Source: a virus (Duplodnaviria; Heunggongvirae; Uroviricota; Caudoviricetes). Taken from it: a DNA stretch of 37,649 bases. Below, one piece after another: positions 26,059-35,582 of this stretch. The translations under genes and the position numbers were made by a program. The stretch lies in IMG/VR virus record IMGVR_UViG_2579778631_000021; one strand, written 5' to 3'. Positions within the stretch are counted from its first letter, which is position 1; each line of letters begins with the position of its first letter. The notes under the pieces are model-generated. The model did not search any database, was not told where the DNA came from, and was given only the letters and a program-made list of their open reading frames with translations.

Positions 26059-27353
26059 TGGCATTAAATGAAGGTCAACTGGTCACGTATGCTCTGGATG
26101 AAATCATCGAAACCGTCCAGAACCTGACGCCAATGGCGTCTAAAGTGACAAAATACACCCCTCCGGCAGAATCCATGCAGCGTTCAAGCAACACCGTGTG
26201 GATGCCTGTTGAGCAGGAAGCGCCAACCCAGACTGGCTGGGATTTAACTGGCAACGCAACCGGGATTCTGGAACTCTCCGTGAAATGCAACATGGGCGAT
26301 CCGGATAACGATTTCTTCGAGCTTCGTGCAGATGACCTGCGTGATGAGCGTTCTTACCGTCGCCGCATCCAGGCATCCGCCAAAAAACTGGCGAATAACA
26401 TTGAGTCAGCGATTGCCAAACAGGCAACTGAAATGGGCTCGCTTGTTGTTCACGATACCCGCGCAATTGGTCCATCTACTGGCCTGTCTGGCTGGGATTT
26501 TGTGTCTGATGCAGAGCGCCTGATGTTCTCCCGTGAGCTAAACCGCGATATGGGCATCAGTTACTTCCTGAACCCTGACGATTACCGCAAAGCAGGCCGC
26601 AACCTGGTAGATGGTGACATCTTTGGGCGCGTTCCTGAAGAAGCGTATCGCAACGGTACTATTCAGCGTCAGATTGCTGGCTTTGATGAAATTCTTCGCT
26701 CACCGAAACTTCCGGCAGTTACCAAGTCAACCGCTACTGGTGTAACTGTTTCTGGTGCGCAGAAGTTTAAGCCGCAGGCATACACCCTTGATACCGATGG
26801 TAACAAAGAGAACGTCGACAACCGTGTTGCAACGGTGACCGTATCCTCCACCACCGGATTTAAGCGCGGCGACAAAATCAGCTTCACTGGTGTGAAATTC
26901 CTGTCTCAGATGGCGAAGAACGTGCTGACTGATGACGCGACTTTCTCAATCACCCGTGTGATCGATGGTACTCACATCGAAATCACGCCGAAGCCGATTG
27001 CGCTGGATGACGCGTCACTGACAAAAGAAGAGAAGGCTTACGCTAACGTAAACACCTCTCTTGCTGATAGCACTCCGGTAAACGTTCTGAACGTGGCAAC
27101 AACCACCGCTAACGTGTTCTGGGCTGATGACTCAATCCGTCTGCTGTCTCAGCCGATCCCGGTAACCCATGAACTGTTTGCTGGCATGAAAACGTCTTCC
27201 TTCAGCATTCCTGGTATTGGTGTTAACGGCATCTTCGCAACGCAGGGTGATATCAACACTCTGTCTGGTAAGTGCCGTATTGCTGTGTGGTATTCAGCAT
27301 GTGCTGTACGACCAGAGGCAATTGGTGTTGGTCTGCCTAACCAGACTGCGTGA
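26058..27353 (+). CDS. Major capsid (coat) protein (P22 gp5-like)
   Basis: 431 aa [30 protein letters not shown]... recalled as P22 coat homolog. Confidence 0.95.
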   Translation: MALNEGQLVTYALDEIIETVQNLTPMASKVTKYTPPAESMQRSSNTVWMPVEQEAPTQTGWDLTGNATGILELSVKCNMGDPDNDFFELRADDLRDERSYRRRIQASAKKLANNIESAIAKQATEMGSLVVHDTRAIGPSTGLSGWDFVSDAERLMFSRELNRDMGISYFLNPDDYRKAGRNLVDGDIFGRVPEEAYRNGTIQRQIAGFDEILRSPKLPAVTKSTATGVTVSGAQKFKPQAYTLDTDGNKENVDNRVATVTVSSTTGFKRGDKISFTGVKFLSQMAKNVLTDDATFSITRVIDGTHIEITPKPIALDDASLTKEEKAYANVNTSLADSTPVNVLNVATTTANVFWADDSIRLLSQPIPVTHELFAGMKTSSFSIPGIGVNGIFATQGDINTLSGKCRIAVWYSACAVRPEAIGVGLPNQTA

Positions 27354-27361
27354 TAACCAGA

Positions 27362-27384
27362 GGGAGCTTCGGCTCCCTTTTTTA
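27362..27384 (+). terminator. Rho-independent terminator after coat gene
   Basis: Stem GGGAGC-TTCG-GCTCCC followed by TTTTTTAT. Confidence 0.65.
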
Positions 27385-27397
27385 TCTGGAGACAAGC

Positions 27398-27628
27398 ATG
27401 ACACACATGATCTTTCGTCATGGCGACATGAAGAAGTGGAAAGGCGTTGGCTACGACTTTGAAATCGTGAAAGCCGAAGAGCTTCAGGAATATCTGGATG
27501 CTGGTTGGTTTTCACATCCTGATGACCTTTTGAAGGATGTTGCAGAGCCAGAGCCAGAAGAAAAACAGCGTAAAAAGCCTGGTCGAAAACCTAAGGCGGC
27601 AGCATATGAACCTGACAACGAAGGGTGA
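27398..27628 (+). CDS. Small hypothetical protein (76 aa) between coat and gp4
   Basis: Start [14 protein letters not shown] after terminator; basic Pro/Lys-rich C-terminus. Confidence 0.4.
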   Translation: MTHMIFRHGDMKKWKGVGYDFEIVKAEELQEYLDAGWFSHPDDLLKDVAEPEPEEKQRKKPGRKPKAAAYEPDNEG

Positions 27629-28106
27629 TTTAGTTCTTGCGGCATTACGTAAACTCGGTGTGGCATCAAATGCCACGTTAACCGATGTCGAACCGCAGTC
27701 TATGGAAGACGGCGTCAACGACCTTGAAATGATGATGGCTGAATGGCTTGGCGGTGATGTGTCACCTGGTATCAACGTTGGCTACATTTTCGCTGATGCA
27801 GATGTCTCTCCAGATCCGGGCGATGAGCACGGTTTATCAAATAACGCTATCAATGCTGTCATTTTCAACCTTGCCTGCCGCATTGCACCGGATTATGCGC
27901 TGGAAGCGCCTGCAAAACTTATAACCACTGCCAGATACGGGAAAGAGCGACTCGTCAAACTGTCTGCAATGGACAGAGCAAAAGCCGCTAAATGTAAGTC
28001 CGGTTATCCAAACCGTATGCCTGTTGGTAGCGGTAATCAGTTGGCGAAGTGGAACGGTTGGAATTACTTCCACCGAAAGGAACCTTGCGATAACGGGAGC
28101 GAATAA
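27606..28106 (+). CDS. Head completion/tail accessory protein gp4-like
   Basis: 166 aa [33 protein letters not shown]... resembles P22 gp4. Confidence 0.8.
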   Translation: MNLTTKGDLVLAALRKLGVASNATLTDVEPQSMEDGVNDLEMMMAEWLGGDVSPGINVGYIFADADVSPDPGDEHGLSNNAINAVIFNLACRIAPDYALEAPAKLITTARYGKERLVKLSAMDRAKAAKCKSGYPNRMPVGSGNQLAKWNGWNYFHRKEPCDNGSE

Positions 28107-29525
28107 ATGCCTATTCAGCAACTTCCGCTTATGAAAGGTGTCGGCAAAGACTTCCGAAACGCAGACTATATCGACTATCTGCCAGTGAATATGCTGGCTA
28201 CACCCAAAGAAATCCTGAACAGCAGCGGATATCTTCGCTCATTCCCGGGCATTGCCAAACGTTCCGACGTGAACGGCGTATCGCGGGGCGTCGAGTACAA
28301 CATGGCGCAGAGTGCTGTTTATCGCGTGTGTGGTGGGAAGCTCTACAAAGGCGAAAGCGAAGTCGGTGACGTCGCCGGAAGTGGTCGTGTATCAATGGCG
28401 CATGGTCGGACATCTCAGGCTGTAGGCGTTAATGGTCAACTGGTCGAGTATCGCTATGATGGCACGGTTAAAACCGTCTCAAACTGGCCTACAGACAGCG
28501 GATTCACACAGTATGAGTTAGGCTCAGTCCGCGATATTACGCGCTTGCGTGGGCGTTATGCGTGGTCAAAAGACGGTACTGATTCATGGTTTATCACTGA
28601 CCTTGAAGACGAATCACATCCTGACCGTTACAGCGCACAATATCGTGCCGAGTCTCAGCCTGACGGCATCATCGGCATAGGAACATGGCGAGACTTCATC
28701 GTCTGCTTTGGTTCATCGACGATTGAATATTTCTCCCTGACTGGTGCAACCACCGTTGGTGCCGCTTTGTATGTCGCACAGCCATCGCTGATGGTGCAGA
28801 AAGGTATTGCCGGGACTTACTGCAAAACACCATTCGCTGATTCTTATGCGTTCATCAGCAATCCGGCAACAGGTGCGCCGTCTGTGTATATCATCGGCTC
28901 CGGTCAGGTATCACCAATCGCCAGCGCGAGCATTGAGAAAATCCTTCGTTCCTACACTGCTGATGAACTGGCTGATGGTGTGATGGAATCGCTGCGATTT
29001 GATGCTCATGAGTTGCTGATTATCCATCTTCCGCGCCATGTCCTCGTATACGACGCATATTCAAGCGCCAATGGTCCGCAATGGTGTGTGCTGAAAACAG
29101 GCCTGTATGACGATGTGTACCGCGCTATCGACTTTATTTACGAAGGCAATCAGATAACGTGCGGCGATAAGCTGGAGTCCGTGACCGGGAAATTGCAATT
29201 CGACATCAGCAGCCAGTACGACAAGCAACAGGAACACCTGCTGTTTACTCCACTGTTCAAAGCGGATAACGCCAGAGTTTTCGACCTTGAAGTTGAATCT
29301 TCAACTGGCGTTGCGCAGTATGCTGACCGCCTGTTCCTCTCTGCAACCACTGACGGCATAAATTACGGTCGTGAGCAGATGATTGAGCAGAATGAACCGT
29401 TCGTTTACGACAAACGCGTTTTGTGGAAGCGTGTCGGGCGAATCAGGAAAAATGTCGGCTTCAAACTTCGCGTTATCACGAAGTCACCTGTAACTCTGTC
29501 TGGCGCTCAGATAAGGATTGAGTAA
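28107..29525 (+). CDS. Tail hub/head completion protein gp10-like
   Basis: 472 aa, same length and position as P22 gp10. Confidence 0.85.
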   Translation: MPIQQLPLMKGVGKDFRNADYIDYLPVNMLATPKEILNSSGYLRSFPGIAKRSDVNGVSRGVEYNMAQSAVYRVCGGKLYKGESEVGDVAGSGRVSMAHGRTSQAVGVNGQLVEYRYDGTVKTVSNWPTDSGFTQYELGSVRDITRLRGRYAWSKDGTDSWFITDLEDESHPDRYSAQYRAESQPDGIIGIGTWRDFIVCFGSSTIEYFSLTGATTVGAALYVAQPSLMVQKGIAGTYCKTPFADSYAFISNPATGAPSVYIIGSGQVSPIASASIEKILRSYTADELADGVMESLRFDAHELLIIHLPRHVLVYDAYSSANGPQWCVLKTGLYDDVYRAIDFIYEGNQITCGDKLESVTGKLQFDISSQYDKQQEHLLFTPLFKADNARVFDLEVESSTGVAQYADRLFLSATTDGINYGREQMIEQNEPFVYDKRVLWKRVGRIRKNVGFKLRVITKSPVTLSGAQIRIE

Positions 29526-30226
29526 TGGCGGATTCATCACTGAATAATCCTGTCGCGGTTCAGGCTACGCGCCTTGATGCTTCAATTTTGCCACGCAATA
29601 TATTCAGCCAGTCTTACCTGCTGTATGTCATTAATCAGGGGGCTGATGTCGGCGCAATTGCCGGGAAGGCAAATCAGGCTGGTCAGGGCGCTTACGATGC
29701 TCAGGTGAAAAACGATGAACAGGATGTCGAACTGGCTGATCACGACGCAAGAATCACCGCAAACACAAAAGCGATAAATCTCCTTGAGGTCAGGTTAACA
29801 ACCGCCGAAGGGAAGATAGTCGTACTGCGTAGCGATGTTGATTACTTGCTGGATGAGGTTATCGATATTCAGGCGCATCTGGTCACTGTTGACCAAAGAC
29901 TGGATGGCGTAGAAAGCGATGTCTCTGGCATTAAGAGTGATTACGTATCGAAAACCGTAACAGAATCGCAGTCTCTTGCGTCACCGCTGGATGTAAAAAC
30001 ATCATATTCAGTTGATGGAATTCAGGTTGTTGGAGCAAGAAATACCGGATGGACTGCAGCCACAGGTACGCCACTTCTTGGCTCATTCAACGCTAACCAG
30101 TCATACACGGTCGGCACTACGTACACACAATCCGAAGTCGCAGCTATCGCTACAGGTTTGGAGCAGGCGCGGCAGCGTATTCTGGCGCTTGAAACAGCAC
30201 TTAGATTACATGGGCTGATTGACTGA
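29525..30226 (+). CDS. Tail needle gp26-like
   Basis: 233 aa [36 protein letters not shown]... with trimeric coiled-coil heptads and conserved C-terminus [17 protein letters not shown]. Confidence 0.9.
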   Translation: MADSSLNNPVAVQATRLDASILPRNIFSQSYLLYVINQGADVGAIAGKANQAGQGAYDAQVKNDEQDVELADHDARITANTKAINLLEVRLTTAEGKIVVLRSDVDYLLDEVIDIQAHLVTVDQRLDGVESDVSGIKSDYVSKTVTESQSLASPLDVKTSYSVDGIQVVGARNTGWTAATGTPLLGSFNANQSYTVGTTYTQSEVAAIATGLEQARQRILALETALRLHGLID

Positions 30227-30681
30227 TGATTACATTCAAACCAACGCGAAACATCGACCTGATCGAAGCAGTCGGAAATCACCCTGACATTATCGCCGGT
30301 AGCAACAACGGCGATGGATACGACTACAAACCTGAATGCCGTTACTTTGAGGTGAACGTGCACGGGCAGTTCGGCGGAATTGTTTACTATCAGGAGATTC
30401 AGCCGCTGACCTTTGATTGCCACGCCATGTACCTGCCAGAGATTCGCGGATTCAGCAAGGAAATCGGGCTGGCTTTCTGGCGATACATTCTGACTAACAC
30501 CACCGTTCAGTGCGTCACATCGTTCGCTGCACGCAAATTCCGCCACGGGCAGATGTACTGCGCAATGATTGGCCTTAAGCGTGTAGGAACCATCAAGAAA
30601 TACTTCAAAGGCGTGGATGACGTGACGTTTTACAGCGCCACACGCGAAGAACTAATCGACTTCCTGAATAACGGGAGATAG
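30226..30681 (+). CDS. gp14-like ejection/assembly protein
   Basis: 151 aa ORF at the P22 gene 14 position; start overlaps gp26 stop. Confidence 0.7.
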   Translation: MITFKPTRNIDLIEAVGNHPDIIAGSNNGDGYDYKPECRYFEVNVHGQFGGIVYYQEIQPLTFDCHAMYLPEIRGFSKEIGLAFWRYILTNTTVQCVTSFAARKFRHGQMYCAMIGLKRVGTIKKYFKGVDDVTFYSATREELIDFLNNGR

Positions 30682-30683
30682 CC

Positions 30684-31376
30684 ATGTTATATGCATTTAA
30701 GCTGGGCAGAAAACTGCGCGGCGAGGAACCTTATTGCCCTGAAAAAGGCGGGAAAGGTGGTAGCTCTGATAAAAGCGCAAAGTATGCCGCAGAAGCTCAG
30801 AAGTATGCAGCAGACCTGCAAAATCAGCAGTGGCAGACGATCATGAAAAACCTTGCTCCGTTCACGCCTCTTGCGGAGCAGTATGTTAACCAGCTTCAGA
30901 ACCTTTCCAGTTTAGAAGGTCAGGGGCAGGCACTTAATCAGTATTACAACTCTCAGCAGTATAAAGACCTTGCAGGTCAGGCTCGTTACCAGAGTCTTGC
31001 TGCTGCGGAGGCTACGGGAGGACTTGGTTCGACAGCCACAAGCAATCAACTGGCTACGATCGCGCCGACTCTCGGTCAGTCTTGGTTATCAAACCAGATG
31101 AGCAATTACAACAATCTGGCAAACGTTGGGCTTGGTGCTCTGCAAGGTCAGGCAAACGCCGGGCAGACGTACGCCAACAACATGAGCAGCATTGCACAGC
31201 AAAGCGCAGCTCTTGCCGCTGCTAATGCCAACAAACCATCAAGTCTTCAGACAGCAATTAGTGGCGGAACGTCTGGTGCGATTGCCGGTGCAGGTCTTGC
31301 CAGCCTTTTGGGAACATCAACACCTTGGGGCGCTGGCATTGGTGCTGGTATCGGATTGCTTGGCTCGTTGTTTTAA
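30684..31376 (+). CDS. Ejection protein gp7-like
   Basis: 230 aa with Gln/Ala/Gly-rich region and hydrophobic C-terminus. Confidence 0.8.
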   Translation: MLYAFKLGRKLRGEEPYCPEKGGKGGSSDKSAKYAAEAQKYAADLQNQQWQTIMKNLAPFTPLAEQYVNQLQNLSSLEGQGQALNQYYNSQQYKDLAGQARYQSLAAAEATGGLGSTATSNQLATIAPTLGQSWLSNQMSNYNNLANVGLGALQGQANAGQTYANNMSSIAQQSAALAAANANKPSSLQTAISGGTSGAIAGAGLASLLGTSTPWGAGIGAGIGLLGSLF

Positions 31377-31385
31377 GGGGTAATC

Positions 31386-32717
31386 ATGGCTACTTGGCAA
31401 GGATCAAATGGCGGATTGTTAGCTGGTATCGGCGGCGTCAACTCAAACGCCCCGAGCGTAAATGACATCGGCAATACGCTTCAGCTTATCAGGCAGAACA
31501 ATGATATTGAGCGTTCAGGCGCTAACAATGTTGGGCTGACTGCTTTGCAAGGTCTTTCAGGTATTGCAGGGGTGTTTCAGCAGGAAAAGCAGGCTCAGCG
31601 GCAGAAAGAATTTCAGCAGGCGTACGCTAATGCTTATGCGTCTGGTGATCGCGGTGCTTTGCGTCAGTTGGCTACTCAATATCCAGACCAGATTGAATCC
31701 GTTCGTAAAGGCATGGGATTCATTGATGAAGATCAGCGTAATTCTATCGGCACCTTAGCGGCTGGCGCACGCCTTGCGTCATCGTCTCCAGAAGCAATGC
31801 AATCATGGCTGCAAAACAACGCCGGTGAGTTAGCTCGTGTTGGCGTTAATCCTCAGGACGTCGCTCAGATGTACCAACAGAACCCGCGGCAGTTCGGCGA
31901 ATTTGTCGATCACCTGGGGATGAACAGTCTCGGACCCGAAAAATACTTTGACCTACAGGATAAAATGCAGGGTCGCCAGGTTACCATGCGCGGTCAGGAC
32001 CTGGATTCGCAAACCGCCGCTCGGAATCAGGCAATCACAATGCGCGGGCAAGATATCCAGGCGAATTTAGGTCAGCAGCGCATTAATCTGGACGCAGAAA
32101 CAAACCGCATTAACAACGAAAATAAGCGCCTTGACCGGATGCTATCAGCAGAAACTAACGACCTGAAGCGCCAGGAAATACAGAGCCGCATAGCAGCCAA
32201 CAACCAGCAGTTGCAGCAGAAGCAGCAAGCGCTAAATGATGGCTACAAAGACGGCATCAACACTCTCACAACAAGCATGTTCACTCTGAACGATATCGTT
32301 AGTTCTCCTTCACTTAAGAGCATTACAGGCTTACGTGGAGTAATCCCCAACGTTCCAGGCTCACAGGCTGCAGACACTCAGGCACGACTTGATACCTTTA
32401 AATCCCAAGCATACCTGACAGCGGTTCAGGCCATGCGAGGCATGGGCGCACTTTCTGATGCCGAGGGCAAAAAGCTCGACCAGGCTGTTGGTTCGCTGCA
32501 GAACTCGCAGAGCGAGGAGTCCTTTCGTCGCAACGCTGGCGTCATCCTGAACACGCTCAACCAGAAGCGTAATGAGGCGGTTGGTAAGTACGTTCAGCAA
32601 AACGGTATCAAGCGAGTGGAAGCGCCTCAGGCTTCTATAGATTACCTGAAGCAGCACCCCGAGCTGTCAATCGACTTCATTAATCGCTACGGATATCTTC
32701 CATCTTTGGGGCAGTAA
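31386..32717 (+). CDS. Ejection protein gp20-like
   Basis: 443 aa at the P22 gene 20 position. Confidence 0.75.
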   Translation: MATWQGSNGGLLAGIGGVNSNAPSVNDIGNTLQLIRQNNDIERSGANNVGLTALQGLSGIAGVFQQEKQAQRQKEFQQAYANAYASGDRGALRQLATQYPDQIESVRKGMGFIDEDQRNSIGTLAAGARLASSSPEAMQSWLQNNAGELARVGVNPQDVAQMYQQNPRQFGEFVDHLGMNSLGPEKYFDLQDKMQGRQVTMRGQDLDSQTAARNQAITMRGQDIQANLGQQRINLDAETNRINNENKRLDRMLSAETNDLKRQEIQSRIAANNQQLQQKQQALNDGYKDGINTLTTSMFTLNDIVSSPSLKSITGLRGVIPNVPGSQAADTQARLDTFKSQAYLTAVQAMRGMGALSDAEGKKLDQAVGSLQNSQSEESFRRNAGVILNTLNQKRNEAVGKYVQQNGIKRVEAPQASIDYLKQHPELSIDFINRYGYLPSLGQ

Positions 32718-35111
32718 ATGGCTAATTACCGTGATTTGTTAGAGCAGGCTGGCGCACGTTACGGTGTGCCAGAAGGGTTGATGACTGCACTGGGTGCCAA
32801 GGAGTCTTCTTACAACCCTGCCGCAGTAAGCTCCGCCGGGGCTGTAGGATTGACTCAGGTCATGCCTGGGACATGGCGTGATATGGGTTATACCGATGAG
32901 CAAATGCAAAACCCCGAATATCAGGCTGACGCTGGCGCGCGCTATCTGGCAAAGATGTACCAGCAGTTTGGTAACTGGCGTGACGCTCTTCAGGCTTATC
33001 ACGACGGTCCCGGCAACGTTATGAAGGCAAAGCGTGGTGAATATACTCCAGGACCTGAAGGCCGCGGTTACGTTGATGATCGCTTTGCTCAATGGGCGGG
33101 TGACCCGGTGACAGACTCAACAGTCGAACAGCGCGCCACCTCTGCAAAGGTACATCCTCAGCAAGACCCTAACAACCCGTTTGCACAACTGGAAGCACAG
33201 TCATCCGAACAAGTATCGGCATCAGGCGTGCAGTCAGACCCAAATAATCCATTTGCTCAGATTGAGCAGCAGGCAGACAGTCAGCAGCCACCTCAACCCG
33301 TAAGTTCTGTCACACCGAAACCTGTTCAGCAGCAAGGCGGAATAATGTCTGACCTTGGTAATGGACTTGCTGAAACCGGGCGCGGCTTACTACAGGCAGG
33401 AATCAACGTAGCGAACATACCTGCTGAACTCACTGATGCTGTAACAAGCGCGGCGGCTTGGGCTGGCGGTAAACTCGGTATTGGCGATGGTACATATCAA
33501 CCAGCACCACGAGTAACAACGCAGGGATTAGAGCAGGACTTTGGCCTTCAGCAAGGCGCGCTGACTCCACAAACGACAGAGGGAAGGGTATTTGCTGAAG
33601 CATTGCCTTACCTCACTCCTGCTGGCGTTGAGAGAACGGCAACACAGGCACCAACACTTGCTGGTCGAATTGCTCATGGGGCAACACGACTTCTCGCAGA
33701 AAACGCAGTTGGATCACTTGCTGCAAATAGTGCGAAAGATGATGCGGAAGCACTCGCCACCGATTTAGGCGTTGGTGTGTTGGCTGGCGGTGCTATTAAC
33801 GCTGCCGGACGTGGATTAGGTGCTGCTTATCGTGGCGTTCGTGGTGCTATTGCGCCAGAAGCGCAGCAGGCTATCAGATTTGCAGAGCGTGAAGGAGTTC
33901 CTCTGCACACCACAGACCTGTTACAGCCTACTTCCCGCGTCGGGAAAATGGCGCAGACTACAGCAGAAAATATCCCCCTGGCTGGCACAAGCGGAATGAG
34001 AGCAACGCAACAGGAAGCGAGAAGTCAGTTGGTGCAGAGATTTGCTGATAAATTCGGCGAGTACGATCCGGCAGTTGTTATTGACAGCCTTAAAGCGAAA
34101 ACATCAGGAATTCGGCGTGCCGCCGGTAATCGACTGGAGCAGGTTCAGAATGCTATGGCGGGAATAAACATTCAGCCTGCAAGAGCAATTCAGCAGATTG
34201 ATACAGAAATATCTAACCTGCAGAAGCTTGGTAAGGTTGCTGATAACGAGACTATTTCAAAACTTCAGTCCTATCGTGATGAGCTTGTTCGCAATGCTGG
34301 TCCTGATGGCCCGGTAAATCTGGATTTGAAGCAATTAAGCGATCTGCGCAGCCAGTTCAGAATGGACGTGAAGGGGGAGCGACCAGTGTTACCAAACCGT
34401 TCCGATGCTGCCATTCAGCGCGTTTACAAGGCGATGACAGACGATATCAATGGTGCCATTGGTCAGAATCTTGGCAACGATACTCTCCGTAAATATCAGC
34501 AGGCCAATGCCGTCTACGCTGACGAAGCGGCGAAACTAAAGAATACCAGGCTGAAGAATGTTCTCATGAAAGGCGACCTGACGCCGGAAGTTGTCAACAA
34601 CATGCTATTCAGCAAGAACAAATCGGAAATTAAGACGCTGTATAACTCAGTTGGTCGTGTTGGCAGGGCGCAAATGCGCAATGGCATCATTGGAAAGGCG
34701 ATGGAGAAATCAGGTGGTTCCCCTGACCAGTTCCTTCGACAGCTTAACATCCTGCAAAACCAGACTGGCATCACATTTAAAGGTCAGGATGCTGCTTATC
34801 TGAAAGGATTGAAAAACTACCTTCAATCCACGCAGCAGGCTGCAAAAGCGGCAGTAACAACACCAACAGGGCAGCAAACCATCCCGTTCATTATCGGATA
34901 TGGGACAGCAATGAACCCTGCGACAACTGGCGCAGCAGTAAGCTACGGACTTCTGACTCGCGCCTATGAGAGCGAGCCATTCAGAAATGCAATGCTCCGA
35001 ATGGCAAACACCCCACGCGGATCAACAGCGTTTGAGAAAGCCATGCAGCAGGCACAAAAGGCCATTAACGCCCTGACTCAGGGGGCTAAGTCTGATGCGT
35101 TGTCAGAATAG
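32718..35111 (+). CDS. Ejection protein at gp16 position with N-terminal soluble lytic transglycosylase (SLT) domain
   Basis: 797 aa; N-terminal KESSYNPAAVSSAGAVGLTQVMPGTW...AYHDGPG matches SLT-domain motifs; remainder is Ala/Gly/Gln-rich. Confidence 0.7.
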   Translation: MANYRDLLEQAGARYGVPEGLMTALGAKESSYNPAAVSSAGAVGLTQVMPGTWRDMGYTDEQMQNPEYQADAGARYLAKMYQQFGNWRDALQAYHDGPGNVMKAKRGEYTPGPEGRGYVDDRFAQWAGDPVTDSTVEQRATSAKVHPQQDPNNPFAQLEAQSSEQVSASGVQSDPNNPFAQIEQQADSQQPPQPVSSVTPKPVQQQGGIMSDLGNGLAETGRGLLQAGINVANIPAELTDAVTSAAAWAGGKLGIGDGTYQPAPRVTTQGLEQDFGLQQGALTPQTTEGRVFAEALPYLTPAGVERTATQAPTLAGRIAHGATRLLAENAVGSLAANSAKDDAEALATDLGVGVLAGGAINAAGRGLGAAYRGVRGAIAPEAQQAIRFAEREGVPLHTTDLLQPTSRVGKMAQTTAENIPLAGTSGMRATQQEARSQLVQRFADKFGEYDPAVVIDSLKAKTSGIRRAAGNRLEQVQNAMAGINIQPARAIQQIDTEISNLQKLGKVADNETISKLQSYRDELVRNAGPDGPVNLDLKQLSDLRSQFRMDVKGERPVLPNRSDAAIQRVYKAMTDDINGAIGQNLGNDTLRKYQQANAVYADEAAKLKNTRLKNVLMKGDLTPEVVNNMLFSKNKSEIKTLYNSVGRVGRAQMRNGIIGKAMEKSGGSPDQFLRQLNILQNQTGITFKGQDAAYLKGLKNYLQSTQQAAKAAVTTPTGQQTIPFIIGYGTAMNPATTGAAVSYGLLTRAYESEPFRNAMLRMANTPRGSTAFEKAMQQAQKAINALTQGAKSDALSE

Positions 35112-35200
35112 CTTCGCAAACACCAGGAACGTGCAAAAACCAAATATGTAGAACGCAATATTCAGCATATCTCTTTGCATATATCCTCCGTAACTGATAG

Positions 35201-35461
35201 TTAGCTGCTGTCTTTTTTATATAGCTCTTTGAGCGTATCAAAGACAATTTTCTTAACCATATCAGATTGTTGTTCTGCCATACGCTCTGCATCGTCAATG
35301 TAAACTGATGCAGAGCTTTGTTTAGCCAATGATTCTTCAATCGCTGCAATTATCTCTGAGTTCAGCGACCTGTTATTCATCTTCGCGCGCTGTTTAATTT
35401 TCGCGTGGAGTTCATGCGGAAGTCTCAAGTGAAACTGCGCCTCGTCGTATTTGCTGTACAT
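35201..35461 (-). CDS. mnt: Mnt-like ribbon-helix-helix repressor
   Basis: 86 aa from MYSKYDEAQFHLRLPHELHAKIKQRAKMNNRSLNSEII...; resembles P22 Mnt (RHH N-terminus, C-terminal DAERMAEQQSDMVKKIVFDTLKELYKK). Confidence 0.75.
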   Translation of the reverse strand: MYSKYDEAQFHLRLPHELHAKIKQRAKMNNRSLNSEIIAAIEESLAKQSSASVYIDDAERMAEQQSDMVKKIVFDTLKELYKKDSS

Positions 35462-35582
35462 CCTTGATGCCTCACCAGTTGGGTGGAATGGCATCGTAAC
35501 CTACTGGATAAATACTCAATAGTACCATTTCGGTATGTAATCATATCATGGTTGCATCATATCATTCGTCTGGAGCAATGAA

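Noticed and set aside
27350-27397. N-terminal extension of the ORF 27350-27628 ([16 protein letters not shown]...)
   Set aside because: The extension overlaps the coat-gene terminator hairpin and T-run; the real start is more likely the ATG at 27398 downstream of the terminator
35086-35349. 87-aa minus-strand ORF overlapping mnt and the 3' end of the gp16-position gene
   Set aside because: Out of frame with the well-supported Mnt-like ORF and overlapping two better-supported genes; likely spurious
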